42,718 nucleotides of DNA from Eubacteriales bacterium. Lineage in GTDB: Bacteria > Bacillota > Clostridia > Oscillospirales > CAG-272. The notes under the pieces are model-generated. The model saw only the letters and a program-made list of their open reading frames with translations. It did not search any database and was not told where the DNA came from. The stretch lies in NCBI GenBank assembly GCA_045603205.1, contig JAZULS010000086.1:1-42718 (forward strand), written 5' to 3'. Every line of letters begins with the position of its first letter. The first letter of the stretch is position 1. The translations under genes and the position numbers were made by a program. Below are positions 9,883-19,241 of this stretch, in pieces.

Positions 9883-10788
9883 TTATTTATTTTCGAGGGG
9901 ATAGCGGAAGGTGACCTCAAATTCATGAGGATTTTCACTTAAAGGATAGTTCTGGCTACTCTTGATATATTCTGACTCTCTGATCCAAGTGGTATCAACC
10001 ATCGCGAAAACACCAATATAATAACCGTCGTCGTCTTTGTTTAAAGTATAATCAAGTATTTCATACTTGTCATAGCCTTTGCTTGCCACGTCCTCAAGAA
10101 CTTCTTCAACGAACTTTATAACGTCCTCCTTTGCGATGCTGTCAAGCACTTCAAAATTAAATCCTTCAAATTTTTCGGGATTAGTCATATCGTGCATATA
10201 TACAACACCGTCGTACCTTACACTGACGGAAGAATACTGTCCCTTGATAAAAGAACCTTTGCCGTAAAGCATATAATGGTGTACATGATACTTGCACATG
10301 CTATCAATAGGCTTTACATCAACAAATGTGTACTTGTCAAAGAAACTTTCTCCCTGATTTTCAAGAAGATATTTTTCTGCGATCTCACGGGCTTCTTCTT
10401 CGGAGACTTTTATTCCTTTATATCCATCCTCCATTTCATCAAGTGACGCATCATCCTCAACTGCGAGCCACGATCTTACCAAGGCACCCTCTTTATTATA
10501 ATAGTAGTAGTTGCCTTGATCGTCGGTATATGTGTAAAGTGGCAATCCGCGTTCATCGGTGGTTTCTGCGTCAAAACTGAGTTTAAATACCTCTCCGTTT
10601 AGGTTGGTAAACTCTTTGAACTGTGGTATATCATCATTTGGAGGTTCGGGCAAATCATCATTTGAAGATTCTGGAAGATTTTCCTCGGGAATAAACCACT
10701 CACCATCATTAATAGCATAAACAGTAAGTCCTGCAATAATTCCCAAGAGAACGACTGATAAAATAATCATTAATAATTTCTTTTTCAT
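9883..10788 (-). CDS. Hypothetical acidic exported or membrane-anchored protein with a PepSY/YcdB-like segment
   Basis: N-terminal hydrophobic helix, AGGAG RBS, and VSEEEAREIAEKYL...Y......G..IKG...SVSVRYDG resembling peptidase-propeptide (PepSY/YcdB-YcdC) repeats. The domain call is tentative. Confidence 0.65.
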   Translation of the reverse strand: MKKKLLMIILSVVLLGIIAGLTVYAINDGEWFIPEENLPESSNDDLPEPPNDDIPQFKEFTNLNGEVFKLSFDAETTDERGLPLYTYTDDQGNYYYYNKEGALVRSWLAVEDDASLDEMEDGYKGIKVSEEEAREIAEKYLLENQGESFFDKYTFVDVKPIDSMCKYHVHHYMLYGKGSFIKGQYSSVSVRYDGVVYMHDMTNPEKFEGFNFEVLDSIAKEDVIKFVEEVLEDVASKGYDKYEILDYTLNKDDDGYYIGVFAMVDTTWIRESEYIKSSQNYPLSENPHEFEVTFRYPLENK

Positions 10789-10838
10789 AACGACACTCCT
10801 TTTCTATAGTTTATTATACACATATTGTAAAAAAGCTA

Positions 10839-11960
10839 TTATCCTAAAACAAGAGACCTCAGATCGCAATTTCCATAATAATACTCATATAGAGTTCCGT
10901 TGTCATATACACCTGTCCTTTCAAAATCTAAAATCGCTAAATCAAGTGCTTTTTTTGCCGAATTTCCTTGAGCCATGTATTCAAATAACCTGGCCACCAG
11001 ATAATTGGAGTTGGCAGTATTAACTTTACCGATCCACCCGATACAGTTCATAGCGCCTTTTTCAAGTGTCATATCAACAACATTTCCATATCCTTGGTCA
11101 CTCGTTGCACCAGAATAACATGAAGTATATACTGTCAAATAATTATTAGACAAAGCATTGTTAGAATATGTCGATAATGCTCTATTAGCTGAGGACATAT
11201 TGTTGTATCCATTAGCGTAAATTACTGTCGTCGCAGCATTGGATCTCCCTTGTGTAAAATAACCTTTATTGCCGTGACAAGCTATAACATTTATGATAGA
11301 ATCGGGCATAGTGTTGTAAATTGGGGCAGCGACATTATTAAGATATTCACCTCCGGCATACCCCATGTCCCAAATATAGTCTAGTGAATCTGCAATAGGA
11401 CGGGTAGAGTAGACTCTATCAGGCTCAGTACTATTTTCAGAATAACTATGGTCATCGTTATTATAAATGTAATACGTAGTGAAAATTCTAGCTGTACCTT
11501 CTACCGGATAATTTTTTGCACGCAACAAATAATTTGAACCGGAATGACCGCTCGTACTTGCAACCTTTATGTAATAATACGTGTCAGCTTCAACTCGCAT
11601 GCGGATCAATTCCTGTTGATTTGAAGTTTTATTTGAGGTTGCTATCGAGTTACCCGCTCCGGGATCCGTGAATACCTGAATATAGTAGTTGCATCCGCTG
11701 GGAATATTACCAAGCCAAATATTTGCAAGTCCGTCTTCGTCAAACTTTAATTTCCACCAGTCGGCACTATCAATTTCAGAGGTTAACGCGCCGTAGTTAT
11801 TATAATCCTCGTAGGTCAAATCGGCTTTACTGGATATGTTATTGATTTCGCTTTCGTAAGTCGTACCTGAAACGGAATAAACGATGATAGAACAGTTAAT
11901 TAACAGGCAAATTGCGAGAAGCAAAGCTTTTATCCTGTTGTATAGAATACGTTTTGTCAT
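10839..11960 (-). CDS. Secreted protein: PPC-like beta-sandwich plus caspase/gingipain/CHAT-fold domain (putative cysteine protease)
   Basis: Signal peptide and AAGGAG RBS; ESEINN...DWWK...YYYIKV (PPC-like); VIACHG (H229), VYTSCYSG (C281), KGAMNCIGW..KV, LFEYMAQG.SAKKAL, YYYGN. Confidence 0.7.
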   Translation of the reverse strand: MTKRILYNRIKALLLAICLLINCSIIVYSVSGTTYESEINNISSKADLTYEDYNNYGALTSEIDSADWWKLKFDEDGLANIWLGNIPSGCNYYIQVFTDPGAGNSIATSNKTSNQQELIRMRVEADTYYYIKVASTSGHSGSNYLLRAKNYPVEGTARIFTTYYIYNNDDHSYSENSTEPDRVYSTRPIADSLDYIWDMGYAGGEYLNNVAAPIYNTMPDSIINVIACHGNKGYFTQGRSNAATTVIYANGYNNMSSANRALSTYSNNALSNNYLTVYTSCYSGATSDQGYGNVVDMTLEKGAMNCIGWIGKVNTANSNYLVARLFEYMAQGNSAKKALDLAILDFERTGVYDNGTLYEYYYGNCDLRSLVLG

Positions 11961-12017
11961 TTTTTGCTCCTTTCTCTTTTATAGAACGAAAAACTTTCTT
12001 GAATTATGAGAGAAAGG

Positions 12018-12092
12018 TTAATAGAGTAAGATGATCTTCTCCGAATCTGTTAAAATGAATTGAACGTGATAATGTGCCAGGGTCATATACAT
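12018..12092 (-). CDS. Possible 24-aa leader peptide MYMTLAHYHVQFILTDSEKIILLY
   Basis: Lies between the promoter and the 10839..11960 gene and is preceded by a purine-rich AAAGGGG. Confidence 0.3.
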   Translation of the reverse strand: MYMTLAHYHVQFILTDSEKIILLY

Positions 12093-12148
12093 TATAAATC
12101 GCCCCTTTCCTATGGTGTCAGTAAAAAAATGTATTTCCCTTCAAGTAC

Positions 12149-12177
12149 AGTATACCAGATAAATGTAAATGTGTCAA
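12149..12177 (-). promoter_or_regulatory. sigmaA promoter of the AT-rich two-gene cassette
   Basis: TTGACA-17 bp-TATACT with extended -10 TG. Confidence 0.8.
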
Positions 12178-12490
12178 TGCTAGCAATAGATTTTGTTTAT
12201 ATAGGCAATAAATTCAGCGTTCTGCACAACCGATTACAAAACCACTTTGTAACCCACACTAATTTCGTCTAAATAATTATGGCGTTAACAACACTATCAT
12301 CGATTCTAATAATACTACGACTTACGGCGGGTTTTTCTTTCAAAAAATTCAAAAATCCAAAAAATTTTTCCACACCTCAAAACCCGACACAAACTTTGAC
12401 AAAACCCCTTTTCAAGGTTTATTTTTTGTGATATAATGTTATTTGTATCATTATACCTAACCTAAAAATCTAAGGAAGAGGCGAAACACA

Positions 12491-14323
12491 TTGATAAGAG
12501 AAGACCTCAGGAATATCGCTATCATCGCCCACGTTGACCATGGTAAGACAACCCTCGTCGACGAAATGCTGAAGCAGTGCGGCGAATATCACGAAAACCA
12601 GACCGTTCGTGAGCGCGTTATGGACTCGGGCGACCTTGAGCGTGAGCGCGGAATCACGATTCTTGCAAAGAACACCTCCGTCGTAAGAGACGGCATCAAA
12701 ATAAACATCGTAGACACCCCCGGACACGCGGACTTCGGCGGTGAGGTTGAACGTATACTGAAAATGGTAAACGGCGTTCTTCTCCTCGTTGATGCTGCAG
12801 AGGGTCCCATGCCCCAGACCAGATTTGTTCTCGGCCGTGCAATGGAGCTTGGTCACAAGATCATCGTTGTTATCAACAAGATTGACAAGCCCGACGCACG
12901 ACTTGAAGAGGTTGAAGAAGAGGTCCTTGAGCTTCTTCTGGAGCTTAACGCCACCGACGAACAGCTTGACTCTCCCATGATATTTTGCTCGGGCAGAGCG
13001 GGTACTGCTTCACTTTCCCCCTACGAAAAGGGCGAAAATCTCGATCCGCTGTTCAACACTATCATCGAATATATGCCCTCCCCCGAGGGTGAAGCCGACG
13101 AGCCCCTTCAGCTTCTCGTTTCCTCCATCGACTATAACGAGTACGTTGGCAGGATCGGTATCGGCAGAATCGAACGCGGTAGTGCCAAGGTTGGCGAAGA
13201 CGCAGTTATCGTCAACTACCATACCCCCGACGCTCCGCCGAAGAAGACCAAGATCGTAACTCTCTACGAGTTCGACGGTCTTTCAAGAAAAGAGGTAACT
13301 GAGGCAAAGGTTGGCGACATCGTCTGCTTCTCAGGTGCCGCTGACATCACTATCGGTGACACCATCACCTCTCCTGCAGATCCTACTCCCCTTGAGTTTG
13401 TCAAGGTCAGCGAGCCTACAATGGAGATGACCTTCTCGGTAAACGACAGCCCCTTTGCAGGCCGCGAAGGAAAGTTCGTTACCACAAGACAGATCAGAGA
13501 CCGTCTTTACAAGGAAACTCTCAAGGACGTGTCCCTTCGCGTTTCCGACGGCGAGACCACCGACTCCTTCAAGGTAGCTGGCCGCGGTGAAATGCACCTT
13601 TCCATCCTTATCGAGACCATGCGCCGCGAGGGATATGAGCTTTGCTGCTCCACTCCCCGTGTGCTTTACAAGGATATTGACGGCGAAAAGTGCGAGCCGA
13701 TGGAAAGAGTCTCTGTGGACGTCCCCAGCGAGTACGTTGGCACCGTTGTAGAAAAGCTCAGCGCACGTCGCGGCGAGCTTCTTGAGATGAATCTTGCAGG
13801 CGAGCGTATGAGAATCGAATACTCCATCCCCGCACGCTGTCTCTTCGGCTACAGAAACGAATTTCTCACGGACACCCGCGGTGAGGGAATCTTAAACTCC
13901 ATTTTTGCAGGCTACGAGCCCTACAAGGGTGACGTAACTACCAGATTCACCGGCTCTCTGATAGCCTCTGAGGACGGAGAATCCACATCCTACGGACTAT
14001 TCAACAGCCAGGACAGAGGCACGATGTTCATCGGCGTACAGACTCCCGTTTACGAGGGCATGATCGTTGGCGAGTGTCCCAAGCAGGAAGACATCACCCT
14101 GAACGTGTGCAAGAAGAAGCACCTCACGTCTATCCGTTCCACAGGTGCAGACGAGGCGCTCCGCCTTGTACCCCCGAAGATCTTCTCACTGGAGCAGGCT
14201 ATCGAGTTTATCTCCGACGACGAGCTCATCGAGGTTACACCCAAGACTATCCGCCTCCGCAAGAAGATACTGAATACAGAACTCAGACTCAAAGCTGTCG
14301 CACGACAGAAAAAAGGAAACTGA
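12491..14323 (+). CDS. typA: Translational GTPase TypA/BipA
   Basis: [60 protein letters not shown]; TTG start. Confidence 0.97.
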   Translation: MIREDLRNIAIIAHVDHGKTTLVDEMLKQCGEYHENQTVRERVMDSGDLERERGITILAKNTSVVRDGIKINIVDTPGHADFGGEVERILKMVNGVLLLVDAAEGPMPQTRFVLGRAMELGHKIIVVINKIDKPDARLEEVEEEVLELLLELNATDEQLDSPMIFCSGRAGTASLSPYEKGENLDPLFNTIIEYMPSPEGEADEPLQLLVSSIDYNEYVGRIGIGRIERGSAKVGEDAVIVNYHTPDAPPKKTKIVTLYEFDGLSRKEVTEAKVGDIVCFSGAADITIGDTITSPADPTPLEFVKVSEPTMEMTFSVNDSPFAGREGKFVTTRQIRDRLYKETLKDVSLRVSDGETTDSFKVAGRGEMHLSILIETMRREGYELCCSTPRVLYKDIDGEKCEPMERVSVDVPSEYVGTVVEKLSARRGELLEMNLAGERMRIEYSIPARCLFGYRNEFLTDTRGEGILNSIFAGYEPYKGDVTTRFTGSLIASEDGESTSYGLFNSQDRGTMFIGVQTPVYEGMIVGECPKQEDITLNVCKKKHLTSIRSTGADEALRLVPPKIFSLEQAIEFISDDELIEVTPKTIRLRKKILNTELRLKAVARQKKGN

Positions 14324-14348
14324 AATTAATAAAAAAGGAAGTTACACC

Positions 14349-15638
14349 ATGCTTGATATTAAATTTATCAGAGAAAATCCCGATGTTGTAAAGCAGAACA
14401 TCAGAAATAAGTTCCAGGACGCAAAGCTTCCCTTAGTTGACGAGCTTATTGCCCTTGACGCAGAAAACAGAGCCACTATGAAGGCTGCTGACGACATGCG
14501 TGCAAACCGTAACAAGATCTCCAAGATGATCGGCGGTCTTATGGCACAGGGCAAGCGCGAAGAGGCTGAAGAGGCTAAGCGTCAGGTAAGCGAGCAGTCC
14601 GCACGTCTCGCTGAGGCTGAGGCTCGTGAGGGCGTCCTTGCTGAGAGAATCAAGGAGATCCTCATGGTCATCCCCAACATTATCGACCCCTCCGTGCCGA
14701 TCGGTAAGGACGACAGCGAAAACGTTGAGGTTGAGAGATTCGGTGAGGCTACCGTGCCCGAGTTTGACGTGCCCTACCACACCGAGATCATGGAAAAGTT
14801 CGACGGAATCGACCTTGACTCAGCAGGCCGCGTTTCCGGTAACGGATTCTACTACCTCATGGGAGACATCGCACGTCTCCACGAGGGTATCATCGCTTAT
14901 GCTCGTGACTTCATGATCGAAAAGGGCTTCACATACTGCATTCCTCCCTTTATGATCCGTCGCAACGTTGTTGAGGGCGTTATGTCTCAGACTGAGATGG
15001 ACGCGATGATGTACAAGATCGAGGGCGAGGACCTTTACCTTATCGGTACAAGTGAGCACTCTATGATCGGTAAGTACATCGACCAGATCATTCCTGAGGA
15101 GAAGCTTCCTCAGACTCTCACCTCTTATTCTCCCTGCTTCCGCAAGGAAAAGGGTGCACACGGTATCGAGGAAAGACGCGTTTACCGTATCCACCAGTTC
15201 GAGAAGCAGGAAATGATCGTTGTTTGTAAGCCCGAGGACTCTATGGAGTGGTATGAGAAGATGTGGAGACTCTCCGTTGAGCTGTTCCGTTCTCTTGATA
15301 TTCCCGTACGCCAGCTTGAGTGCTGCTCCGGCGACCTTGCAGACCTGAAGATCAAGTCTTGCGACATTGAGGCATGGAGCCCCAGACAGCAGAAGTATTT
15401 TGAGGTTTGCTCCTGCTCCAACCTTGGTGATGCTCAGGCACGCCGTCTCAAGATGCGTGTTAAGGGTTCTGACAAGAAGGGTTACCTCCCCCACACACTG
15501 AACAACACCGTTGTTGCTCCTCCGAGAATGCTTATCGCGTTCCTCGAGAACAACCTTAACGCAGATATGTCCGTAAACATTCCCGTAGCGCTCAGACCCT
15601 ACATGGGCGGCAAGGAAAAGCTCATCCCCAAGGCGTAA
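14349..15638 (+). CDS. serS: Seryl-tRNA synthetase
   Basis: MLDIKFIREN, N-terminal coiled coil, LIGTSE, CFRKE, YRIHQFEKQE, EVCSCSN..D.QARR, HTLN. Confidence 0.96.
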   Translation: MLDIKFIRENPDVVKQNIRNKFQDAKLPLVDELIALDAENRATMKAADDMRANRNKISKMIGGLMAQGKREEAEEAKRQVSEQSARLAEAEAREGVLAERIKEILMVIPNIIDPSVPIGKDDSENVEVERFGEATVPEFDVPYHTEIMEKFDGIDLDSAGRVSGNGFYYLMGDIARLHEGIIAYARDFMIEKGFTYCIPPFMIRRNVVEGVMSQTEMDAMMYKIEGEDLYLIGTSEHSMIGKYIDQIIPEEKLPQTLTSYSPCFRKEKGAHGIEERRVYRIHQFEKQEMIVVCKPEDSMEWYEKMWRLSVELFRSLDIPVRQLECCSGDLADLKIKSCDIEAWSPRQQKYFEVCSCSNLGDAQARRLKMRVKGSDKKGYLPHTLNNTVVAPPRMLIAFLENNLNADMSVNIPVALRPYMGGKEKLIPKA

Positions 15639-15652
15639 GACAATAAATAATG

Positions 15653-15678
15653 AAAGCCGAAGTTTCTTCGGCTTTTTT
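15653..15678 (+). terminator. Rho-independent terminator after serS
   Basis: AAAGCCGAAG-TTT-CTTCGGCTTTTTT. Confidence 0.88.
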
Positions 15679-15747
15679 AGTTTGAACATTCACAGGATAT
15701 TTTGCATCAGTCCATAGAAGCAACCATTTCTAACAATAGTCATAATA

Positions 15748-15776
15748 TTGACTTTGGATATAAAATTTGCTAAAAT
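15748..15776 (+). promoter_or_regulatory. sigmaA promoter of the protease gene
   Basis: TTGACT-17 bp-TAAAAT with extended -10 TG. Confidence 0.7.
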
Positions 15777-15814
15777 AGTGGTGTATACACAGAAAAATCA
15801 TTTCGGAGGATAAA

Positions 15815-16843
15815 ATGAGACTAAATATCAGATTTTCCATACTATGTATTCTGTTAATATTACTTTGTTCATGTAATAACAAACCTTTTTCAGAAAATAC
15901 AGATGCAATAGCTAAAGCATCCGAGTCAATCTTAACCATTGAAATTTACGACAAAAACGGTGATTTGTTCGGAACTGGCAGTGGATTTGTTGCATTTGAT
16001 ACTACTACTGTAGTTACAAATTATCATGTCATTGAAAACGCGTATCGTATTTCTGTTATTGACGAGAACAAAAATATTTCTTATGTAACACATATATTAG
16101 CGTATGATAAAGACGATGATATTGCCCTTCTCAAGATTGATTCAGCTAGTGGTTATTCCCCTCTTACACTATTAAATGATGATGAGACACAAAAAGGCGA
16201 AACAATTGTTGCAATCGGCAGCCCTCTAGGAATCAATAATACAATATCAAATGGAATTCTGAGTGGTTTCGTAGAAATTGATAATAATACGTACATACAA
16301 TTTACTGCTCCCATTTCAAATGGCAGTAGTGGTGGCGCGTTGTTAAATGATAATGGCGTTGTGATTGGTGTAACTTCCGCCTCTGTAAGCAAGGGCCAGA
16401 ATATGAATCTCGCAATTCCAATTTCCACTGTAATTGACTTGTACAACTCGACAAATACCATTTGTCAAAGCATTAAAGATTTTTACTCTGAGCAACATCC
16501 CTATATTGAATATGATAATTATTATGTTGGCATTAGAACAATCTCCATAATACCAGAAATTTACGAATCCGCTGACTCTTGGAAAAAAGCGAAAACGTTT
16601 GCTGAAAGCATATATACTGAGTGGGTTTCTGGAGCGGCTAATGAAGATTCATTTATTAGCATCTGTGATAAGTATGGTTCTGATCAGGGGGGAGGTCAAC
16701 TTTATCTAATTGAACCTGGACAATTCGTTGAAGAAATTGATGAATGGTGCTTCGATCGCACCAGACAAATTGGAGATGTCACAATAATCGAAAATGTCTA
16801 TGGATATTCACTCTGTTATTATTCAAAAACTATAGAAAGATAA
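15815..16843 (+). CDS. Lipoprotein: trypsin-like (S1C/HtrA-like) serine protease with a C-terminal degenerate parvulin (PPIase)-like domain
   Basis: Lipobox LCSC (Cys20); GTGSGF, TNYHV, DIALL, AIGSPLG, ISNGSSGG; C-terminal AESIYTEW..G...EDSF....DKYGSD.GGG....PGQFVEE...WCFD..R..GD..IIE..YGY. Confidence 0.85.
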   Translation: MRLNIRFSILCILLILLCSCNNKPFSENTDAIAKASESILTIEIYDKNGDLFGTGSGFVAFDTTTVVTNYHVIENAYRISVIDENKNISYVTHILAYDKDDDIALLKIDSASGYSPLTLLNDDETQKGETIVAIGSPLGINNTISNGILSGFVEIDNNTYIQFTAPISNGSSGGALLNDNGVVIGVTSASVSKGQNMNLAIPISTVIDLYNSTNTICQSIKDFYSEQHPYIEYDNYYVGIRTISIIPEIYESADSWKKAKTFAESIYTEWVSGAANEDSFISICDKYGSDQGGGQLYLIEPGQFVEEIDEWCFDRTRQIGDVTIIENVYGYSLCYYSKTIER

Positions 16844-16874
16844 AAAACAGCGGAAGGCGATAACCTTCCGCTGT
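16842..16874 (-). terminator. Terminator after ftsZ, possibly bidirectional
   Basis: ACAGCGGAAGG-CGATAA-CCTTCCGCTGT with a T-tract on the minus strand. Confidence 0.85.
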
Positions 16875-16884
16875 ACTTATTTAA

Positions 16885-17985
16885 TTAAAGCTCTTTGCTC
16901 TTCTTGAGCATGCTGATGATCTCGGAGATGTCCTCATCAGAAATATTGGACTCACCGATCTCAGGCATTTCCTCGGAAACTGCAGGAGCTGCAACAACTT
17001 CCTCTTCCTTCTTGGAGGGGAACTTAGCGTTCTTGTTGTCAAAACCTGTAGCGATGATTGTGATCTTCATCTTATCCTCGAGCTCGGGATCGAATGCAAC
17101 ACCCCAGATAACGGTTGCGTCCTCGCTTGCCTGGTCAGCGATGAGAGAGGAAGCGGTGTCGATGTCGGAAAGCTCGATGTCGGGAGAAGCTGTGATGCTA
17201 ACGAGGATACCCATAGCACCGGAAATTGTTGTCTCGAGGAGGGGGCTGGAGATAGCGTTCATAGCCGCCTGCTCTGCCTTTTCCTTACCTGCGCCCTCAC
17301 CTACGCCCATATGAGCATAGCCTGCGTCCTTCATGATGGTGGTTACGTCAGCAAAGTCCAGGTTGAGGTACTGAGGTACGCTGATGAGCTCGGAAATGCT
17401 CTGTACACCGTGACGGAGTACGTCGTCAGCTACCTGGAAAGCGTTCATAAGTGTGATCTTCTCACCGATCTCCTTGAGCTTTTCGTTGGGGATGATGATG
17501 AGAGAGTCAACGTACTGGCTAAGTTCTGCGATACCGCTCTCAGCCTGTACCATTCTCTTCTTACCTTCGAATGCAAAAGGCTTGGTTACGATACCAACGG
17601 TAAGAATACCCATTTCACGTGCAATACGTGCAACAACGGGAGCAGCACCTGTACCGGTTCCGCCGCCCATACCAGCGGTAACGAATACCATGTCAGCGCC
17701 AACGAGAGCGCTCTTGATCTCTTCAAGGTTCTCTTCAGCTGCACGTGCGCCGATCTCGGGGTTTGCACCTGCACCGTGGCCCTTTGTGATCTTCTCACCG
17801 ATCGGCACCTTTACGGTTGCGTTAGAGTGAAGAAGAGACTGATTATCTGTGTTGATGGAGATAAAGTCAACGCCGCGTACATTTGTAACGACCATTCTGT
17901 TGATTGCGTTGTTTCCGCCGCCACCAACACCGATGACTTTTATGTTTACCTTGTTCTGTGTGTTATCGTCAAATTCAAATGGCAT
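16885..17985 (-). CDS. ftsZ: Cell division protein FtsZ
   Basis: [57 protein letters not shown]. Confidence 0.98.
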   Translation of the reverse strand: MPFEFDDNTQNKVNIKVIGVGGGGNNAINRMVVTNVRGVDFISINTDNQSLLHSNATVKVPIGEKITKGHGAGANPEIGARAAEENLEEIKSALVGADMVFVTAGMGGGTGTGAAPVVARIAREMGILTVGIVTKPFAFEGKKRMVQAESGIAELSQYVDSLIIIPNEKLKEIGEKITLMNAFQVADDVLRHGVQSISELISVPQYLNLDFADVTTIMKDAGYAHMGVGEGAGKEKAEQAAMNAISSPLLETTISGAMGILVSITASPDIELSDIDTASSLIADQASEDATVIWGVAFDPELEDKMKITIIATGFDNKNAKFPSKKEEEVVAAPAVSEEMPEIGESNISDEDISEIISMLKKSKEL

Positions 17986-18040
17986 TTTTTCTGCCTCCTT
18001 ATATTATTTTTCTTCCTGAATTTTTTCTATACCAATATAT

Positions 18041-18069
18041 ATAATATACCAAAATCTTATTTTTTGCAA
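18041..18069 (-). promoter_or_regulatory. Internal sigmaA-type promoter for ftsZ
   Basis: TTGCAA-17 bp-TATTAT in the ftsQ-ftsZ intergenic region. Confidence 0.6.
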
Positions 18070-18203
18070 TAGATTTTTTAAAATATTTTAGGCAAAACCT
18101 CAAATTGAGGCTATTTTTTTGCTAAATTTACCCGTTTTCGAGTCAAAAAAGCCCGTTTTTGGCATTATCGGCATTTGCAACGGCATTTTTGCGCTTGCCT
18201 AAC

Positions 18204-19220
18204 TCATTCAAGTTCCATAAGGTTGTCTATAACCACGCCTGTTTTGCCCTCTGTAGTCAGATCTACTCTTATCTTGTTATCCGTGGTGAACATTTCGTCC
18301 TGAAGCACAGATGCGGCAGTCTTTAACTGAAGTTCAACGCCTTCGGCATCTCCCAAAACAAGCTTGAATTTGGAGTCACACACCACGCTTATGTCAAATC
18401 TGTCGGAAGTATCAATAGTTGTTACCCTGTGTGACAAGTCGGAAGCTGACACGGCTTCAAGAAGATCTCTTATACCTCGTTCTCTCTGAGCCGAAGCAAA
18501 ACGGATCACCCTTCCCTCTATTGAGTAGCTTACGGAAGGAAGCTTCAGACGAACAAGTCCTGCAGGAAGCTCGTCCTTTTCTTTTGCGGTATCGAGAACA
18601 CGAAGCCCCTCTGAGAGGATCTTATATTCACCGAAGATCACCGCGTAATATTTAGGGACGTCCTCGCTGACACACAGGGTCACCTTACTCGGAAGATCAC
18701 GCTTCACGTCTACGGCACTTATGTATGGGCACTCAAGGGACACTTTCTTAGACACTGTACTTTCCCTGAAGGAATACAGATTTACGCCTGAGGAAAGTCC
18801 TGAAGCCTCTATGATCTCTTCTACGGTGTATTTGTCCGTCCCCTCAACGGAAATATCCCTTACCACGAAAACGAACTTGTAGATAAGAAACAGGATAGCA
18901 AGGAACATAAGAAGAACCGTAAAGCCGAAGAAAAGTCCTCTTCGTCTCTCAACGTTTCGTCTTCTCTCGCCTGCCTCACGTCGTGCTTCTCCGATACCTG
19001 CCTTACCGCGATTTCTTATCTTGCCCGTATTCGAAAGGTTCTCTTCGGGGCGTTTCTTTCTGTTGTTTCGTGCAGAGGCTTGATATGCACCTCTGTCAAA
19101 CTCATAGAAATCCGCCTTGAACTGTCGTGTGCTGAATGGGTTTTCAGCGTATGAAGAGTTTTTGGGCGCAGAACGTCCGACGTTGCCAACAGCCGGTCTT
19201 TGGTATCTGTTTTGTGTCAA
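18204..19220 (-). CDS. ftsQ: FtsQ/DivIB family cell division protein
   Basis: Single TM followed by a POTRA-like VRDISVEG..KYT.EEIIEASG...G.NL....PYI..V.VKR.LPS; position between murG and ftsZ. Confidence 0.85.
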   Translation of the reverse strand: MTQNRYQRPAVGNVGRSAPKNSSYAENPFSTRQFKADFYEFDRGAYQASARNNRKKRPEENLSNTGKIRNRGKAGIGEARREAGERRRNVERRRGLFFGFTVLLMFLAILFLIYKFVFVVRDISVEGTDKYTVEEIIEASGLSSGVNLYSFRESTVSKKVSLECPYISAVDVKRDLPSKVTLCVSEDVPKYYAVIFGEYKILSEGLRVLDTAKEKDELPAGLVRLKLPSVSYSIEGRVIRFASAQRERGIRDLLEAVSASDLSHRVTTIDTSDRFDISVVCDSKFKLVLGDAEGVELQLKTAASVLQDEMFTTDNKIRVDLTTEGKTGVVIDNLMELE

Positions 19221-19241
19221 GACGTTCCCCCCTCTTTCAGG

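Noticed and set aside
9883-12300. AT-rich cassette as an active mobile element
   Set aside because: No integrase, transposase, terminal inverted repeats or target-site duplication visible; only composition suggests acquisition.
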